From Vitrella brassicaformis CCMP3155 (taxonomy: Eukaryota > Protista > Chromerida), in assembly GCA_001179505.1 (NCBI GenBank), contig CDMY01000781.1, positions 186,001-250,000 on the forward strand: DNA of 64,000 bases. Direction: 5' to 3'. Made by a program: the position numbers and the translations under genes. This document shows, piece by piece, positions 1 to 12,932 of this stretch (positions are counted from its first letter, which is position 1; each line of letters opens with the position of its first letter). Below the pieces are notes generated by a model. It did not search any database. It was not told the DNA's origin and was given only the letters and a program-made list of their open reading frames with translations.

Positions 1-155
1 TTCTCGCGGTTGGTCTTTTTGAGTTTGTCCATCTTGGCCTTCATCTCCTCCCTCTGGTACTCCATCTCGCGCAGCTGCGTCTGCAGGTCCGTGATCTGAC
101 TCACCAAACCGCTGAACAACAAATCCCAATTCTTGTTCTCGGCCTTGTAACCCTG

Positions 156-189
<34 letters not shown>

Positions 190-3100
190 GAGAGGCATGT
201 GTTGTGTGCTTGGTTGTCGTGTGGGTTTGTGTGCGTGCCTGCAGGAGGGTTTCGTTTTGTCCGATGGAGTTGTCGAGGTGCCTCAGGTTGTCCCGCAGGT
301 ATGCCTCCTCAGCCAACGCATCAGAACAACCCTGAACAAAGCCAACGAACACACAGCACCCCACATTTATCCATCCGCCCTGCCGTTCACACGTGCGAAT
401 GTGAATCTACGTACCTCAAGTATGCCCAGCGCAGCACTCTGTTCCTCAGGCGGCGCGTTGAGTATGTCATCGACCTCATCCTGGCTGAGCCCCAGTGCCT
501 CCAGCTTGGACATGTCCACCGTGGACCGCCGCTCCGCCTCCGCCATCTTGGCCGCCGCCGCAGCACCACCACCGACCTCACCCTCAATGGCAGTGTCGTC
601 CTCATCTTTGTCGTCTCCCTTCTCCTCATCCCCACCACCAGCTGCAGTAGCATCGTCCTGCGGCTGCTGCTCGAGGGGGTTAGGGGGGAAGGACGACGAG
701 CGGGGCACGTGATGAATGACGGGCTTGGCGGGGCCGGTGAGGGTGGTGTCGTCTTTCTGTGCGGTGTCTGCTGGGTCTGGGGCGGACTTCTTGCTGGCGA
801 GTGTCGTCTTGAAGAGTGCCAGGCGGCGCTTGTACTCGGCCAGCTCAGTCTGCAGGTTGTCAGCGGTGCTGCTCTTGTCCGCCAGCTGACGGTGGGCGTC
901 GTCCAGCCGGTGCTGCGTGCTGTCCAGACGAGAGCGAAGATCCTGCACCTGATACTCGAGAGCCTGATGGTGACAATGTATCCACACACAGCCATGGAGA
1001 CCATGTTGCCGCCAATCGTGATACTGACTCACCCTCTTCTGCTCCATTAGAGCGTGTACGTCCTCTAGGCCCCTCTTGAGTGTGTTCTCCTTGTCTGCGA
1101 TGACCTCATCCGGCACCTGCATGCCCCGCTCCTCCACCCACTCACGCAGCGCCTCCAACTGGGCCGCCACCGCACCCCGCCCCCTCTCGGCCGCACTCCT
1201 GTCGTCCTCAGCCCGCCGCAGCTGACCCGTCATGGCTTTCATGCGATCCTCCAGCTCACTCAGCGTCATGCCGGACGGCCCCCGCGCCTCCCCGTACTCG
1301 ACGCCCGGCTCTTCTGGGAGGCCGCTGAGGCGTCTCTTGGCGTCTGCTCGTCTGCAGAGCATCAGCTGGTTGGTGAGCTGGAGTATCTGCTGCCTGTAGC
1401 CCTCGATGAGGGCGGCCGTGGGGTCGCGGTTGATGACCGGCGTGTTCTTGATGTTGCGGGCGCGCGAGGCGTACTTGATGGTGTTGTACGTCTCGGCGAA
1501 GTCCGCCTGGGAACCCGACACACACGCGATCATCACTGTCTTGCTGTTGCCACCCAACGAGTCCTGCAGACACAACAAACAGCCTGCCGAGTGTCAGGAC
1601 GGCCCATCGGTCAGCGTGTCAGTCACCTGGAGGATGCGCGTGAGTTTGGAGTCTCTGTAGGGCACATGGTGGTGCGCCCCATCGGCACTGGGCTCCTCAG
1701 TGAGGGCGCAGATGACGTTGCCCAGTGCGAGCAGCCCCGCGTTGATGTGGATGCCCTCCTTGAGCCGCCCGCCCGTCGCCTGCGTCCTCTTGACGCGCTC
1801 GGACCCAGCCAAATCGACAAAGTGGAACTTGGACACTGAGGACACACGCCGAGAGAGTGCATGTGTATACCACACGACAACATCGATTGCTCTCCTCACT
1901 TCTGAAGTCAAATATGGTTGGGTCTTCGGGTCCGGGAGGTGGTGGCGGCATGCCGTCGGCCTCGATGCCCTCCGCTGCCTCTCCCTGCCCCTCCATGTCA
2001 GCGTCGTTATCCTTCTTGGCCTTCTTGGTGGGCGGGTACGCTGCCTTGGACTTCTGCGTGATGCTGATCGTGAAGATGGCATGGGAGCGGGACGACACGG
2101 CATTCATCTGGGTGGCACCTGAAACGAATATGAAGGCAGACAATGCAGGACAGGACGATGTGGTGTCTCATTCTCTCGATATGGGCATTTGGGGCTACAA
2201 TGGATGCCATGCCCACCAGTGCTCCTGCAGACGCATCCCCGGTCGAGGCAGGCGAGGAGGTCCTCAGCACGCTCGGCCTGATATACAGATGTCATGTATG
2301 TGTCAACAGCATCTCGGTCCTGTCCCCATGTCGTGTTGCGCACCGGCAGTGTTGTGGCCCCGACAACCATGATTTGGTGCGTCTGGGGGTCCTCAGAGAT
2401 GCGGATCGACTTGCTGAATCACACAGCAATGCACACGCACAGAAGCGGACAAATGTCGCATCTGCAGCGGCTTGTGGATGCATTTCTGATGTTTACTCAC
2501 GCCGTGTCCTTAAGGGCGCTCCGACCGAAGGCAGCCGTCCCACTGCACAACAAGCGAGAGACATGCAGCGGGCATTCACCCACCCATCATGGAAGGATCT
2601 ATCGCATCCACCCACACTCGTCTTGCCTCGAGGCTGGGTTGGTGGATGCGGCGGCGGATGTGAGCGGGTTGGTGACGGTCTCAGGGTCGAGGAGGTCCCT
2701 AATCTCCTCGTTGTATATTTCGAGGAAGCTGCAGGTAACGGAGAAGTCCAGCTCATCCCTCTTGCGCACAATCTCCTCGTACACCTTTGTCAACACACAA
2801 CACAAAGGGGGATGTGTGTGGGCAGGGCAGACATGGATGGATGCGCACGTTGGTCACCTCACCCTGAATATAACCCTGGGGATGATGCCGACCTCCAGCC
2901 CATCGTGGCGGATGTAACTCGCGCTGCCAACACGAACAAGACATGACGTCTCGTCTCGACCGCTGCGCTGCCGATCGTGTCGTGTTTGTTTTTGTCCTTC
3001 CTTCCCGCCCGCCCACCTGCCCATGGTGTACGTCTTGCCGCTGCCCGTCTGCCCATACGCCAACACAGTGGCATTGTACCCTGCATGACATGACATACAG

Positions 3101-3616
3101 AGAGAGAGAGAGAGAGATGGATGGATGGGCAGATACATACATTGGTTGAATTCGTTCCTCCCACCTTCGAATATTGACTGGACGAGTGGCTCTACACATG
3201 ACTCGTAGACCTCCTTCTGCAGGCTGGTGGGCCCCAGTACCTTGTCAAACTGATAGCTCTTCTCCTGACCCGGCAACACTACCACATTCCGCAGCGCTGA
3301 TCGACACACCACACACAATGCATGGAAGGAGGCAGAGAGAGGGGGAAGCCATTCATGGGCGCGTGTGTTCGTCCGTCCCTTGTCGTGTGCATGTGTGTGG
3401 CTGCACTCACTGTCGCATTCGAGGCAGTACGTGTTGTCGAGCAGCTTCTCCTGCGCAAACAGAGGCCGCACACGAATCGCTACCTGAACACAACACAAAC
3501 CAAGCGAAGAAGAGAAGCGCACCAAATCATTGATGGGCCCGTGAGTCCGTGTGCCTGGCACTGCCCCTCACCTTGCAGTTGTTGGTGCTGTCCTTCTCCT
3601 TATCCTCAGCCCACAT
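1..3616 (-). CDS. Kinesin motor protein, kinesin-4/KIF21/KIF27-like, multi-exon, with coiled-coil stalk; 3' end runs off the window
   Basis: Spliced exons give [15 protein letters not shown]|[28 protein letters not shown] (P-loop), [29 protein letters not shown] (switch I), [13 protein letters not shown] (switch II), [14 protein letters not shown]|[16 protein letters not shown], then a coiled coil. ATG at 3616-3614; first GT donor at 3571. Subfamily call is less certain than the kinesin call. Confidence 0.95.
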
Positions 3617-3972
3617 CGGCCGCACTCAGTCCAACGCGATGAGCAAACGTATGAGCAATCTATGAAAACACCATCGGACGGGCCGCAATGCCATGCGATG
3701 GGTCCCTGGCCTTCCCTCAGGCTTCGGGTGCCGCGCTGCAATGCAAACCCCAGAGGAGATCTATGAAATTCACACGCCGCCCTCAAGAGAAAGGGGCCCG
3801 CTGAATGGACGGTCTCAGAGCTGAAAGCAATTGCTCGAAAGCGGACAGCAGCGATTGGATGAAGACCTTTCCAAAGCACTAGACGAGGCGACTCTTTCCG
3901 AATGGCTCGTGTTTGCGAGCCTCTTTCTGAGATTGCGGTGGCGCTGTAGCTCACCCTCTCACCGTAGAACAG

Positions 3973-5234
3973 ATGGCGGACAGTTTGCAGCGTCCGCTCG
4001 GCGGCTGTGCGCTGGTGCCTCTCGACATCACACACAGCAACTTCGAAAACCACGTGAGCACTTCACTTCGGCACCATGATGGCGTCCATCCTGCATCCAC
4101 CTATTCATTCATCTTTATGGACGTACGCTGTAGCGGTGGGCTGAGATCCGGCTGGACCCGGAGCATACCATCGAGCAGGTGATCAGAAGAGAGCGAGAAG
4201 CGGCAGGAGTCCCTGCCTCACGCACCATTGTCAAGCACATGTTATGCATGCAGATCAAGGAGCGTTTGTATCGGATGGTGGGCACTCCGCCCGCCTCGAT
4301 GAAGCTGACTCTCCAGCACCCTACCGGAGAGTTCGAGATACCCCTCGATGACGACAGCGCACAACTCAAGTATGTCCAAACCGGCGGCACAGAGCAAAGC
4401 GCAGACAGTGGATGGGTGGCATGTGTTTGGTGGATGGCACGGCACAGGCGTTATGGCATTGAGCCTGGTTTGGTGCTGCACATCGACGACACCGACCCCA
4501 ACTCGCTGTCTAAGGGAGGGGGGCTCGAACACACTGAAATGGTCAGCCCAGCCAGCCGCGCAGTGTCTGTGTCCGGTTTATGTCACACACACATGTGTGC
4601 AGGTGGCCAAGTACACGATGTCTGACGAGGACTACGCCAAGAGGAGCGGCACCATGCGCGAATTCAAAGCCAGGATGCAGGCAGCCCGCCCCGAGCTCTT
4701 CAGCCAGGGCGATGCATCATCCGAAGAGCCAGCCGAATCGCTGGAGCAGCTCAAACAAGACTACCCTGTAAGAACGACAAACCATCTCACCTACACACAT
4801 GTTCCTGCCAATCATGTGTGCATCTGTCTGTCAGGTCGACAGTCGGTGTGAGGTGCAGCCCGGCGGGCGAAGGGGACGCGTGGCTTACGTGGGACAAGTA
4901 GAAGGGGGCACAGGTAGGTCATGCATTGCATTTCCCGTACGAAAGACAAGGTGTGTGTATGCCTGACCTGCAGGTAACTACATCGGCGTTGAGTTGGACG
5001 AGCCGCAGGGCAAGAACGACGGCACCAAAAACGGCAAGAGGTGATCAATGGATCGATCGACACACCGAGGCGAGGCGAGGCGAGGCGACCCACTGTTCGT
5101 TCCATCGTTGTGTGTCACATGTGCTATGCAGGTATTTCGATTGCCGTCCCAACTATGGTTGTTTCGTTCGGCGGGACAAGGTGGCGGTGGGCGACTTCCC
5201 GCCAATCGACCCTTTCGACCTCGAGGAGCTATGA
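3973..5234 (+). CDS. TBCB: Tubulin-folding cofactor B (ubiquitin-like domain + CAP-Gly domain), multi-exon
   Basis: MADSLQ...LDITHSNFENH|RWAEIRLDPEHTIEQ|IKERLYRMVGTPPASMKL...LHIDDTDPNSLS (Ubl), Y(T)MSDEDYAKRSGTMREFK, then CAP-Gly: RCEVQPGGRRGRVAYVG...YIGVELDEPQGKNDG...YFDCRPNYGCFVR; ends DLEEL-stop at 5234. Confidence 0.93.
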
Positions 5235-5751
5235 AGGGCTTGGCTTAATTGCATCACTCGCTGAATGAATGAATGAATGTCAATTAGGTGATGGGTTGTC
5301 TGTCTGTCTGTTTGGATGGCTACGTTAAAATTGGCGCGAGTGGTGTGCATAGCTGGCGGTGCCGATCAGAGGGACGCTCTCTGACTGACTGGCTCACTGA
5401 CTGACTGACGACTGTTCGTTCGTTCGAGTCAGTCAGTCAGTCAGTCAATGATTGTGAATGACTGGTGAATGAGTGAATGAGTGAACGGATAGGCTGAATG
5501 ATATGAATGGGTGGCGATTTCAGTCTTCTGATCGACAGACACACATGTACTGTACACTACACACACGCACACGACACAAGTCAAGACAAGATCAGAGTGA
5601 TTGTCTTGACTCGCTGCTCGACTCGAGCTCAGGATCGAGGCGCTGCGCAGCAAGGAAACGGCCTAATGGTGCGTGGTGCGGCAGGGGGGGAGGCTGGGGG
5701 CGGGGAGACTGGGGGCGCGTGGGGGTTGTGGATGGAGGTGTACGAGGCATC

Positions 5752-7515
5752 ATGAGCCTGAGTTCGGAGGACAACCGTCGTTTGACGACCTTGCTGAATG
5801 GGCTTTCGGGCAAGACGTGGTCCGACTTTCAGGACCCTGTCACGGATGACCGCGCCCCATTCTACTCATTGCTGATCGAAAAGCCGATATGCCTGACGGA
5901 CATGAAGGTGCGATGCCGCTGACGGATGGATCTATCACACTGCCCATGTCATTTCCCACACAGAAGAAGCTCGGTGCCGGCGCCTATGGCAGTGTTTCCG
6001 AATTCAAAGCAGATATGGATCTCATGTTCGACAACTGTCACAGGTGGGATGCTTTCACCCAGATCTACTGGCTGCATCTCTCATGTCACTCATCAGATAC
6101 AATACGAGCGACGATCCCATCACACAGTCCGTGGTGCAGAGGGCACTCACGGCACAGACGTATTTTCTCAGTCGGTTCTTCGAGCAATGGCCTCACTTGC
6201 GCCAGAATAGCAACCATATGGCACCTGATCACACGGGTGGGGGCTTCACGTGACAGATTGTCACGAATTGATTACCTCTGTGTCCTTCTCTGTCAGCTGC
6301 TGGGTATTGCACGGAGTGTCGGACTGACGAGTATGAGCATCTGCTGCTGCTGTGCAGTGGGGGGGAGGGCCAGTGTCAGCATGCATTGCACACCTACTGC
6401 GGGGGCCTGCGGACTGTGCCGAAAGGTGACTGGTTCTGTCCACAGTGCCGCAACGTGCAGCAGCACATGGACGTCGATGCCCCCGCCCCTCCATCCCTCG
6501 AGACTGGTGGCCCCGCAAACCCTTCGGCTTCGGCAGCGGCGGCATCCGCATCTGATTCCGGCGCTGCAGCAGGGGACGAGAAGACAAGGCACACACAGAA
6601 GGGGAAGAAACGGAAGGGTGGGGGCGACAAGAACGAGAACAAGGAGCCGCACGAAGATAGGGGGCGGCTCAACCATCTCAAGCCCGTCCTCGACGATGAC
6701 GTTGGTACGTAGTTCACCAGACCAACACACTCTTTGCAGAGGATTATCGCGTGTGTGTGTGTGTAGATGCCGTTTCCGATGTTAGCCATAGCCTGCAGAA
6801 GCTCAGCTTCACAGCCGAGAGCCTCGTCCCGTTCGGCCGCGTGTACCGCAGTACTGATGGATTTGAATATCGTTGTCTGTTGATCGACGGTAATTCGTGA
6901 CGAGAGGTGTAATTGTCTGATCGTCACATTGCCGCTCTGGTGTAGGGAGCTTGAGCAAGTCGCAGCATCTGCAGCTGGTGGAGCTGCCGTCATCGCGGCC
7001 CGATGCACATGCCGCCACCTGCTACAAGGTGCGTATGTCCCACACGCTGTGTCGGAGTGACTGTCCCAGTTCTCCTTTAGGTGGCGTCGTGCCGTGTCGA
7101 TACGAATGGCGTCCCCTCGTTTGATGACAGAATAAGGTGTGTGGTGTGGCAAAGGAAAACCCGCACATGCTGTTTATCTCCCTCTGTCACCGTTTTGTGT
7201 CAGTATCGAGGCATTCTCCACTTTTGATGAAGCTCTAGGTGGGTCTGCACGCGCATTCACTCGTCATACCCATGTGTCCGGCTGTCTCGTGTAGACTCGT
7301 TTGCAGTGACGTGGGCAAGCCACACTGGCCTTGCATGGACAGACGAGACCCCAAAGACCCGAATCCATGTCGGCCTTAGGTGTGAATGTCCCTTTGTTTG
7401 AGTGAGTGAGGACATTTCTTGTGTGTTTGTCTGCAGGGGCGTCGTGTGCGTGTTTCCGAGTGAGATCGTGCCAGATGTGCCTATGCCTGCCAGCTCATCC
7501 AGTGCACACGCGTGA
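5752..7515 (+). CDS. Bromodomain + PHD finger protein with a C-terminal WGR-like domain
   Basis: Bromodomain split over three exons: FQDPVTDDRAPFYSLLIEKPICLTDMK|KKLGAGAYGSVSEFKADMDLMFDNCHR|YNTSDD (conserved Asn present). PHD: CTECRTDEYEHLLLLCSGGEGQCQHALHTYCGGLRTVPKGDWFCPQC. Downstream exons join in phase to a TGA at 7513-7515. Confidence 0.88.
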
Positions 7516-7737
7516 TTGTGTCAAACAGTGCAACATCGATATGTATCAACACAAATACATAATATATGTCGATCGACTGACTGACAGCACTGATTGCCAG
7601 CGTTGATTCACACTCTCGCAATCTGATTCGCTCTGTCAATTGTTGACACGCGCACAAACAGAGAAGACACCCGTCCGCACTGTTTTGGAGACAGGCCCGT
7701 CCCGTCTGCTCCCTGTGCATCTTTGTCCGCCCGCGAC

Positions 7738-10700
7738 ATGTCTGACCCCACACACTCTGTCGACTTTGACTTTCCGGCTATCCCGTTGCCGACACTGCTC
7801 CGCGACAAGACCGACATCAACAATGCTCGTGCCCGTCTGGCCGACAACCTCAAAGACCATGCACTGTCCAGAGCGAGGTAAGACAGCATGGGTCACTTGT
7901 TTGTGTCTCACTTGTATGTCTTTGCGTGTGTGTGTGGTGTGTCTCAGCCGTTTCGTGCGTGAGCATCACTTCGAGGGCGCCCTCTCGCGTGAGTTCTTTG
8001 CCTTCGAAGGATGTGGCGACGAGGAGAAGGATGTGGACAAGGAGGAGGAGGAGGAAGAGGACGACCTGATGGTGGAGGAAGACGACAATGGCGACGACGA
8101 CACGACGTATGTCATGCCAGGCACCTCCACACACGCACATGTCAGGCGTGACATGTCTCTGTGTGTGTGTGTGGGTTCAGTGAGTTTGAGTTCGATCTGT
8201 CGACCGACCCGCCCGCCACGAAGAAACACCGAGCAGACAACACCGACACACACACACACACCGCCACCGAGATCAACAAGAAGAGGTCAGTGACACACCC
8301 ACACACACAGTGAAACATCTCCCAGCCCATGGGCGTGCTGTCTGCGTCAGGGGTGTGACCTCGGCTGCGGACTTCAAGCGTCGATGTCATTTCTCCCTCA
8401 TGGAGAGCCCGCGTCTGTGTGGCCAAACCGTCCTGACCGACCCGAGTGAGTTTGAGGCCTACTACAACCAAATCATCGAGAACTCGAACGCCGACACGGC
8501 CAACAAGGTGTGGCAGGCCTGCAGGGACCGTGAGGCGTCGCTTCCACGCAAGACGCGTCGGTTGCTCCGGTACGATGAGACACAAAGACAGATAGATAGA
8601 GAGAGACTGCCCATTCCATCCATCCGTGTATGTGCGGGTGTGTGTATGTGTGTATGTGTGTCTCTTTGCAGGCGTGTGGGCGCGGCAGCAGTGTGTTACG
8701 GTCACGTCGCGAGGATCACACTCCGCATGGCAGACGGCGACAAAACGATCTGGCACCATTATTTTGGTGAGTCCAGCCCCGCCTCGAGATACGCACTGCA
8801 TCGGTCAGCGAACCAAGACACATCACTGAAGCAAGAACACATCAGTTTCTTTGCGTGATGAGCCAGTTGTTTGGACTACCCAGCCCGAGTCGCTGCTATG
8901 GTGTCGTGTATCTCTGCCCGCCAGTGGGACAAAATCAACACACACGACTTCAACAAGTATGAAGACGAGCGCTCACTCGCACTTAGCTGTCACTGCAGTG
9001 CGTTATGGTGGGGTGCGTGGGTGTCTGTGTGTGTGTGATGTGTACAGAATCATTCCCCTCATCGCATCAGGCGGAGAGGTGGAGTTCACCATCTACTTCA
9101 CACAAGCCATCACCGGCCCAGCAGACCGCCAGTCAGCGATCGATGCGGCGCTGCTGAAGGAAGCGCACCTCGTGTACAACTACAGCCTGCGGGGCCCTCA
9201 AAGGATCAGGACACAGAAGTGGGGAGTCATCACACTGATCCCCCGCCACAGCGCCAACTCATGTCTCGGTACACCCTCATGGCACGAGACACCCACACGA
9301 CACCATCGGTGTGTTGGTGTGTGTGTGTGTCCGAAGGAGGTGTGAAAAAGACGATGAGCGGTGCTCTGCTGGTGCGACTGCTTGATGACCCCACAATGCC
9401 ACAGTTCAAATCAAAGCTCGAGCCCACCCTCAACCGCATGGGTACGTGAGATAGGGAGAACACGACACACAGACATGAAGGAGGGGGACATTGTGTGCTT
9501 TTGTATGTCAGTCTGGCTGCGCGGTATCAATCTCCCCAAGCTGCGTTGGCTGCAGAATATCGACCCCGAGGCCCTTCGCACACCCGTCACTCGATGCAGA
9601 TACCCCCGAGTGACACCCGAGTCGTCACTGACAGAGCACGTGCAGTTCTACAAGCTGCTGCATGAGGCCAAGCGAGAAAGGCTGGGCATATCGTTGTATC
9701 GAGGCCAGTCACTCAAGGTCGTCCGCGACGGCAAGGTGCTCAAAGAAATCAGCGTTCTTCGCACGGTACGCAAACACCGGTCCACACTCACTCATTGATT
9801 GTTCGCGAGGTGTGTGTCTGCAGCCCCTGGCCACACTCACCGAGTGCATTGAGTTCGCTAGGACGCTCCCACCCGTGGCAGAGTACAACAGACACCCAAA
9901 CTGGATCGCCACGTACGTCACGGGTGTGAGCGGCAAACTCCGATTCGTCAAGTACGTCAGCCATCAAATCGAGGGAATGGAGTGCCATTCCTATCACTGT
10001 CTCGTGCAGGAAGGGCAACAGGGGCCAGTTCCAGCTCCAGCTGCGAGGGACCGGCAGTACCCCCGGCGAGAGGAGCGTCGAGGAGGTGTTCGGCAGTCAG
10101 CGCGCCAATCAGCTGGCTGCAGAGATCGGCTACACAGGCAAAGCCAAGGTGCCGAATCTGTGTTGGCGCTCGATCGTGCAGTGTCTCCACAGTGTCTCGG
10201 CCATTCTCGCTGGCATCGGACGCGTGGCGTAAGTGATGCCGTCCACCTACACACTCGTATTGATCGTACACACAGGAATGCTCTTGTGTGTGGTGTGTGG
10301 ACGGTGGTGCAGGTTTGGCGAGCTGCAGCAGCGATCGAGCTTCCGGACGGCCATCGGCGGCAAGTTCATCGCATGCCTCGTCGGCGCAGGTGTGTTGTCT
10401 CTCACGCCAGGTGCACACGTGTACTCTGATGACTATGTGTGTGCCAGCTGGTCTGGTCGCCTCGAGCCTCTTAGGGTCGATCGCGCTTTACTTCGCCGCC
10501 ATCCTCGTGATTTTCTTCGCCATTACAGGTCAACCACACAGACATCCAATATATATGTGTGTCACGAGTGTTCATGTGTGTTGTGTATGAATGTCGTGCA
10601 GGCACACTGGCGTCAGTGTCGGCGACCCTGGGCGACGAGTTTGGTGAAACGTTCGTGGCGCGAAACCTGTCAGTGGTGCAGCTGACAGAAGTGCTGTCGA

Positions 10701-10926
10701 CCATCGTGCTGGCCGCGGGCACTGCGCTGCTGTTCGATCGGCTCGGCGTCACTCTGTCACTCACCGCCATCGCTGTGCTGTCGCTGCTGCCAGGTCAGTC
10801 AGCACACAGCCGGCCACGTGTGTGCATGTGTGAACGTGTGTGTGTGTGTCGTCAGGTCTGGTGATCATCTATCTGTATCGGCCGGCGACCAGAGAGGACA
10901 CTGAAGCGAACAAGCAAGACGTCTGA
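7738..10926 (+). CDS. Hypothetical protein: large soluble region of unknown family fused in frame to a C-terminal MFS-like five-TM segment
   Basis: Exons from MSDPTHSVDFDF join in compatible phases through KLRFVK|KGNRGQFQL... into CLHSVSAILAGIGRVAFGELQQRSSFRTAIGGKFIACLVGAAGLVASSLLGSIALYFAAILVIFFAITG...LFDRLGVTLSLTAIAVLSLLPGLVIYLY; stop at 10924-10926. One junction near 8770-8866 needs a weak donor. Confidence 0.6.
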
Positions 10927-11132
10927 GTGATTGAGCCAATCAACGAGACATACATGACATGATGCCAGTCGATGACAGTACACCCGTGACAACTGATGGG
11001 TGACAATGGTCCACAATAAATAACGACTGATACCATTGCATTGATGCATCAACAAATATGCCTGACAGTCTTCCATCCATCCATCCATCCGATCCATCTT
11101 GCACACATCTAGCTAGCTACACAGCTCCACGG

Positions 11133-12500
11133 TCACAAATTGTCATCGATAAGCCCCGCCTCACTCTCCGCCGCACAGTCCCTGTTGACACGGGGCTCAT
11201 ACACAAAACCCCACACAGCCGTCCCCACCAGCGCAACCAACACAGCAAAGAAGTACCCACCGAAGAACACTCGCCCAAAGACACTTTCACCCCAGGTGCC
11301 CGGCACGACAGCGGCAATCAGCGCGCTGACCCCAGAGAGGGGCCACACCACCAGCAGCACAGACGACAGGCCCACACAGGGGGTCTTGTCCCGATGTGTG
11401 ACGTCCAGGACGTAGACAGCAATGCCGTAGAAGATGCTCTGAATCACCACGAATGAGTTGCTAAACATCTCGAGCATGATCATGGTGCCCCGCCGCAGGA
11501 AGGCCGCCGTCAGCTGCTCTGGCGCATGGAGGAAAGGCACGGCCAGCGTGTATTCGGTGAGGTTGGTGGCCGTCCACACCAGGTCACACAGGGCGGCAAT
11601 CAGCAGCAGGTGGGCGCCAAATCGGTAACGGGGCGAAAGGCACGAGGGACATGACGACACCTTGCCCTGCAAACCACACACAACACCTACCCACCAGCTG
11701 CCTCTCTGTGCAAGTAAGTCTTGGGCGCCTGCCTTTGACACACCCACCTGGAAGCAGAGTATGCACACTGCACCCATGCACCAGAAGAGATTCCCCCACA
11801 GCGATGGCCACGTAATCGACCTCAGCGCATCAACCGCCGCCCTCTCATCTCTTCCCTGCTGATGCTGCTGCATGTAGGGCCCCGGAATAGCTGACCCGCT
11901 ATAGGCCATGAAGGACACATTGGCCAGCGCGTAGCCCACAAGCTCCAGCACCACCCCCAGCCGCAGCGTGCGGTAGAAAAACCCATCAATCACCAAGAGG
12001 ATCATCGGATGGATGCTGAGAAGGACGGACCGCGTAAGACCACCTACGGTTGGTGGGATGATGGCGACGCCTCGCCAGGCTGCTCTGGGCTCACGACGGG
12101 CCGCTACGCACCGTGAAGGACGTGGTGGATCTTGGCAGCGATGGCGGCCTTGAATGAAGGGTTTTCTTCCAGCAACTCACACACCACTGAACGACAGGGA
12201 TCAACGCATGGAGTCCAGTCCATACTTGGCGTGGGTTGTGTGCGTCTGTCTGTCTGTCTGTCTGCTGACCTTGCTGACGCGCTTCTTCCGATAGATTCAT
12301 CAGCTCACGGTAGATCTCCACAGGATCAATGGATACCTGACGCCAGGACACGAACATCTCAGGAATAGACACACGCCGCCCCAAATCTGCGAGCTTTGTA
12401 GCTCGCGTCATCGAACGATCTCTGGCAACGTGTTGACGGCCATCGCAACGTTGTAGGGTGATACAAACGATCTCGTTCCAACTCGGCGAGAGCAACGTCT
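11133..12500 (-). CDS. Polytopic (about 7 TM) membrane protein of unknown family; 5' end uncertain
   Basis: ORF 11133-12005 contains several hydrophobic segments and a probable in-frame intron. Upstream exons LLEENPSFKAAIAAKIHHVLH|GGLTRSVLLSIHPMILL and VSIDPVEIYRELMNLSEEARQQ fit GT-AG boundaries. Start codon not resolved. Confidence 0.65.
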
Positions 12501-12932
12501 CCGGAGCCGTCACTGAGTAAGTTCCCTGCTGGGTGCCATCAAGGCGCCGCGCTGCACGCGTCGAGCTCAGATTGAAGAGAGCAAAGCCAGGGTGATGTAG
12601 CGAGGCGTAGATACCAAAGAAACCATGAGGGAACGTACCTCGTTCTGTGGGTGGATGGTGTGCACGGACACGGACACGTGCCTATGTTGTGACGCTCACT
12701 GGCAGGTGTGTTTATTATGCCTGTGTGGTGGGATGCAGGTGCTTTTGAGCTGATTTGAACGACCCATCTGCGATCAAGGTGAGGGCAGGGCAGCGTGGAC
12801 GGCTAACCTTGCTACGGAAGCTGACTCCTGTCTGTCTGTTTGTTTGTTTGCTCAGGGTAGCTGCCCTCATTTGTTTGTCGTGCCATCGTTGTGGCCTCTG
12901 TCTGTGTGACCCCCAAGTGCGACCGATCAAGT

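Noticed and set aside
197-1079. Long plus-strand ORFs opposite the kinesin (and similar antisense ORFs opposite VAMP, hcp and the AP2 genes)
   Set aside because: Expected shadow ORFs of GC-rich coding sequence, with no domain signal.
8856-8861. Tandem in-frame TGA TGA between two coding-looking stretches (…SFFA**ASCLDY…), suggesting selenocysteine or read-through
   Set aside because: A GT-AG intron from 8771 (GA|gtccag) to 8866 removes both stops and keeps the frame (YFGD-CLDYPAR). No SECIS was recognised. Splicing is the simpler explanation.
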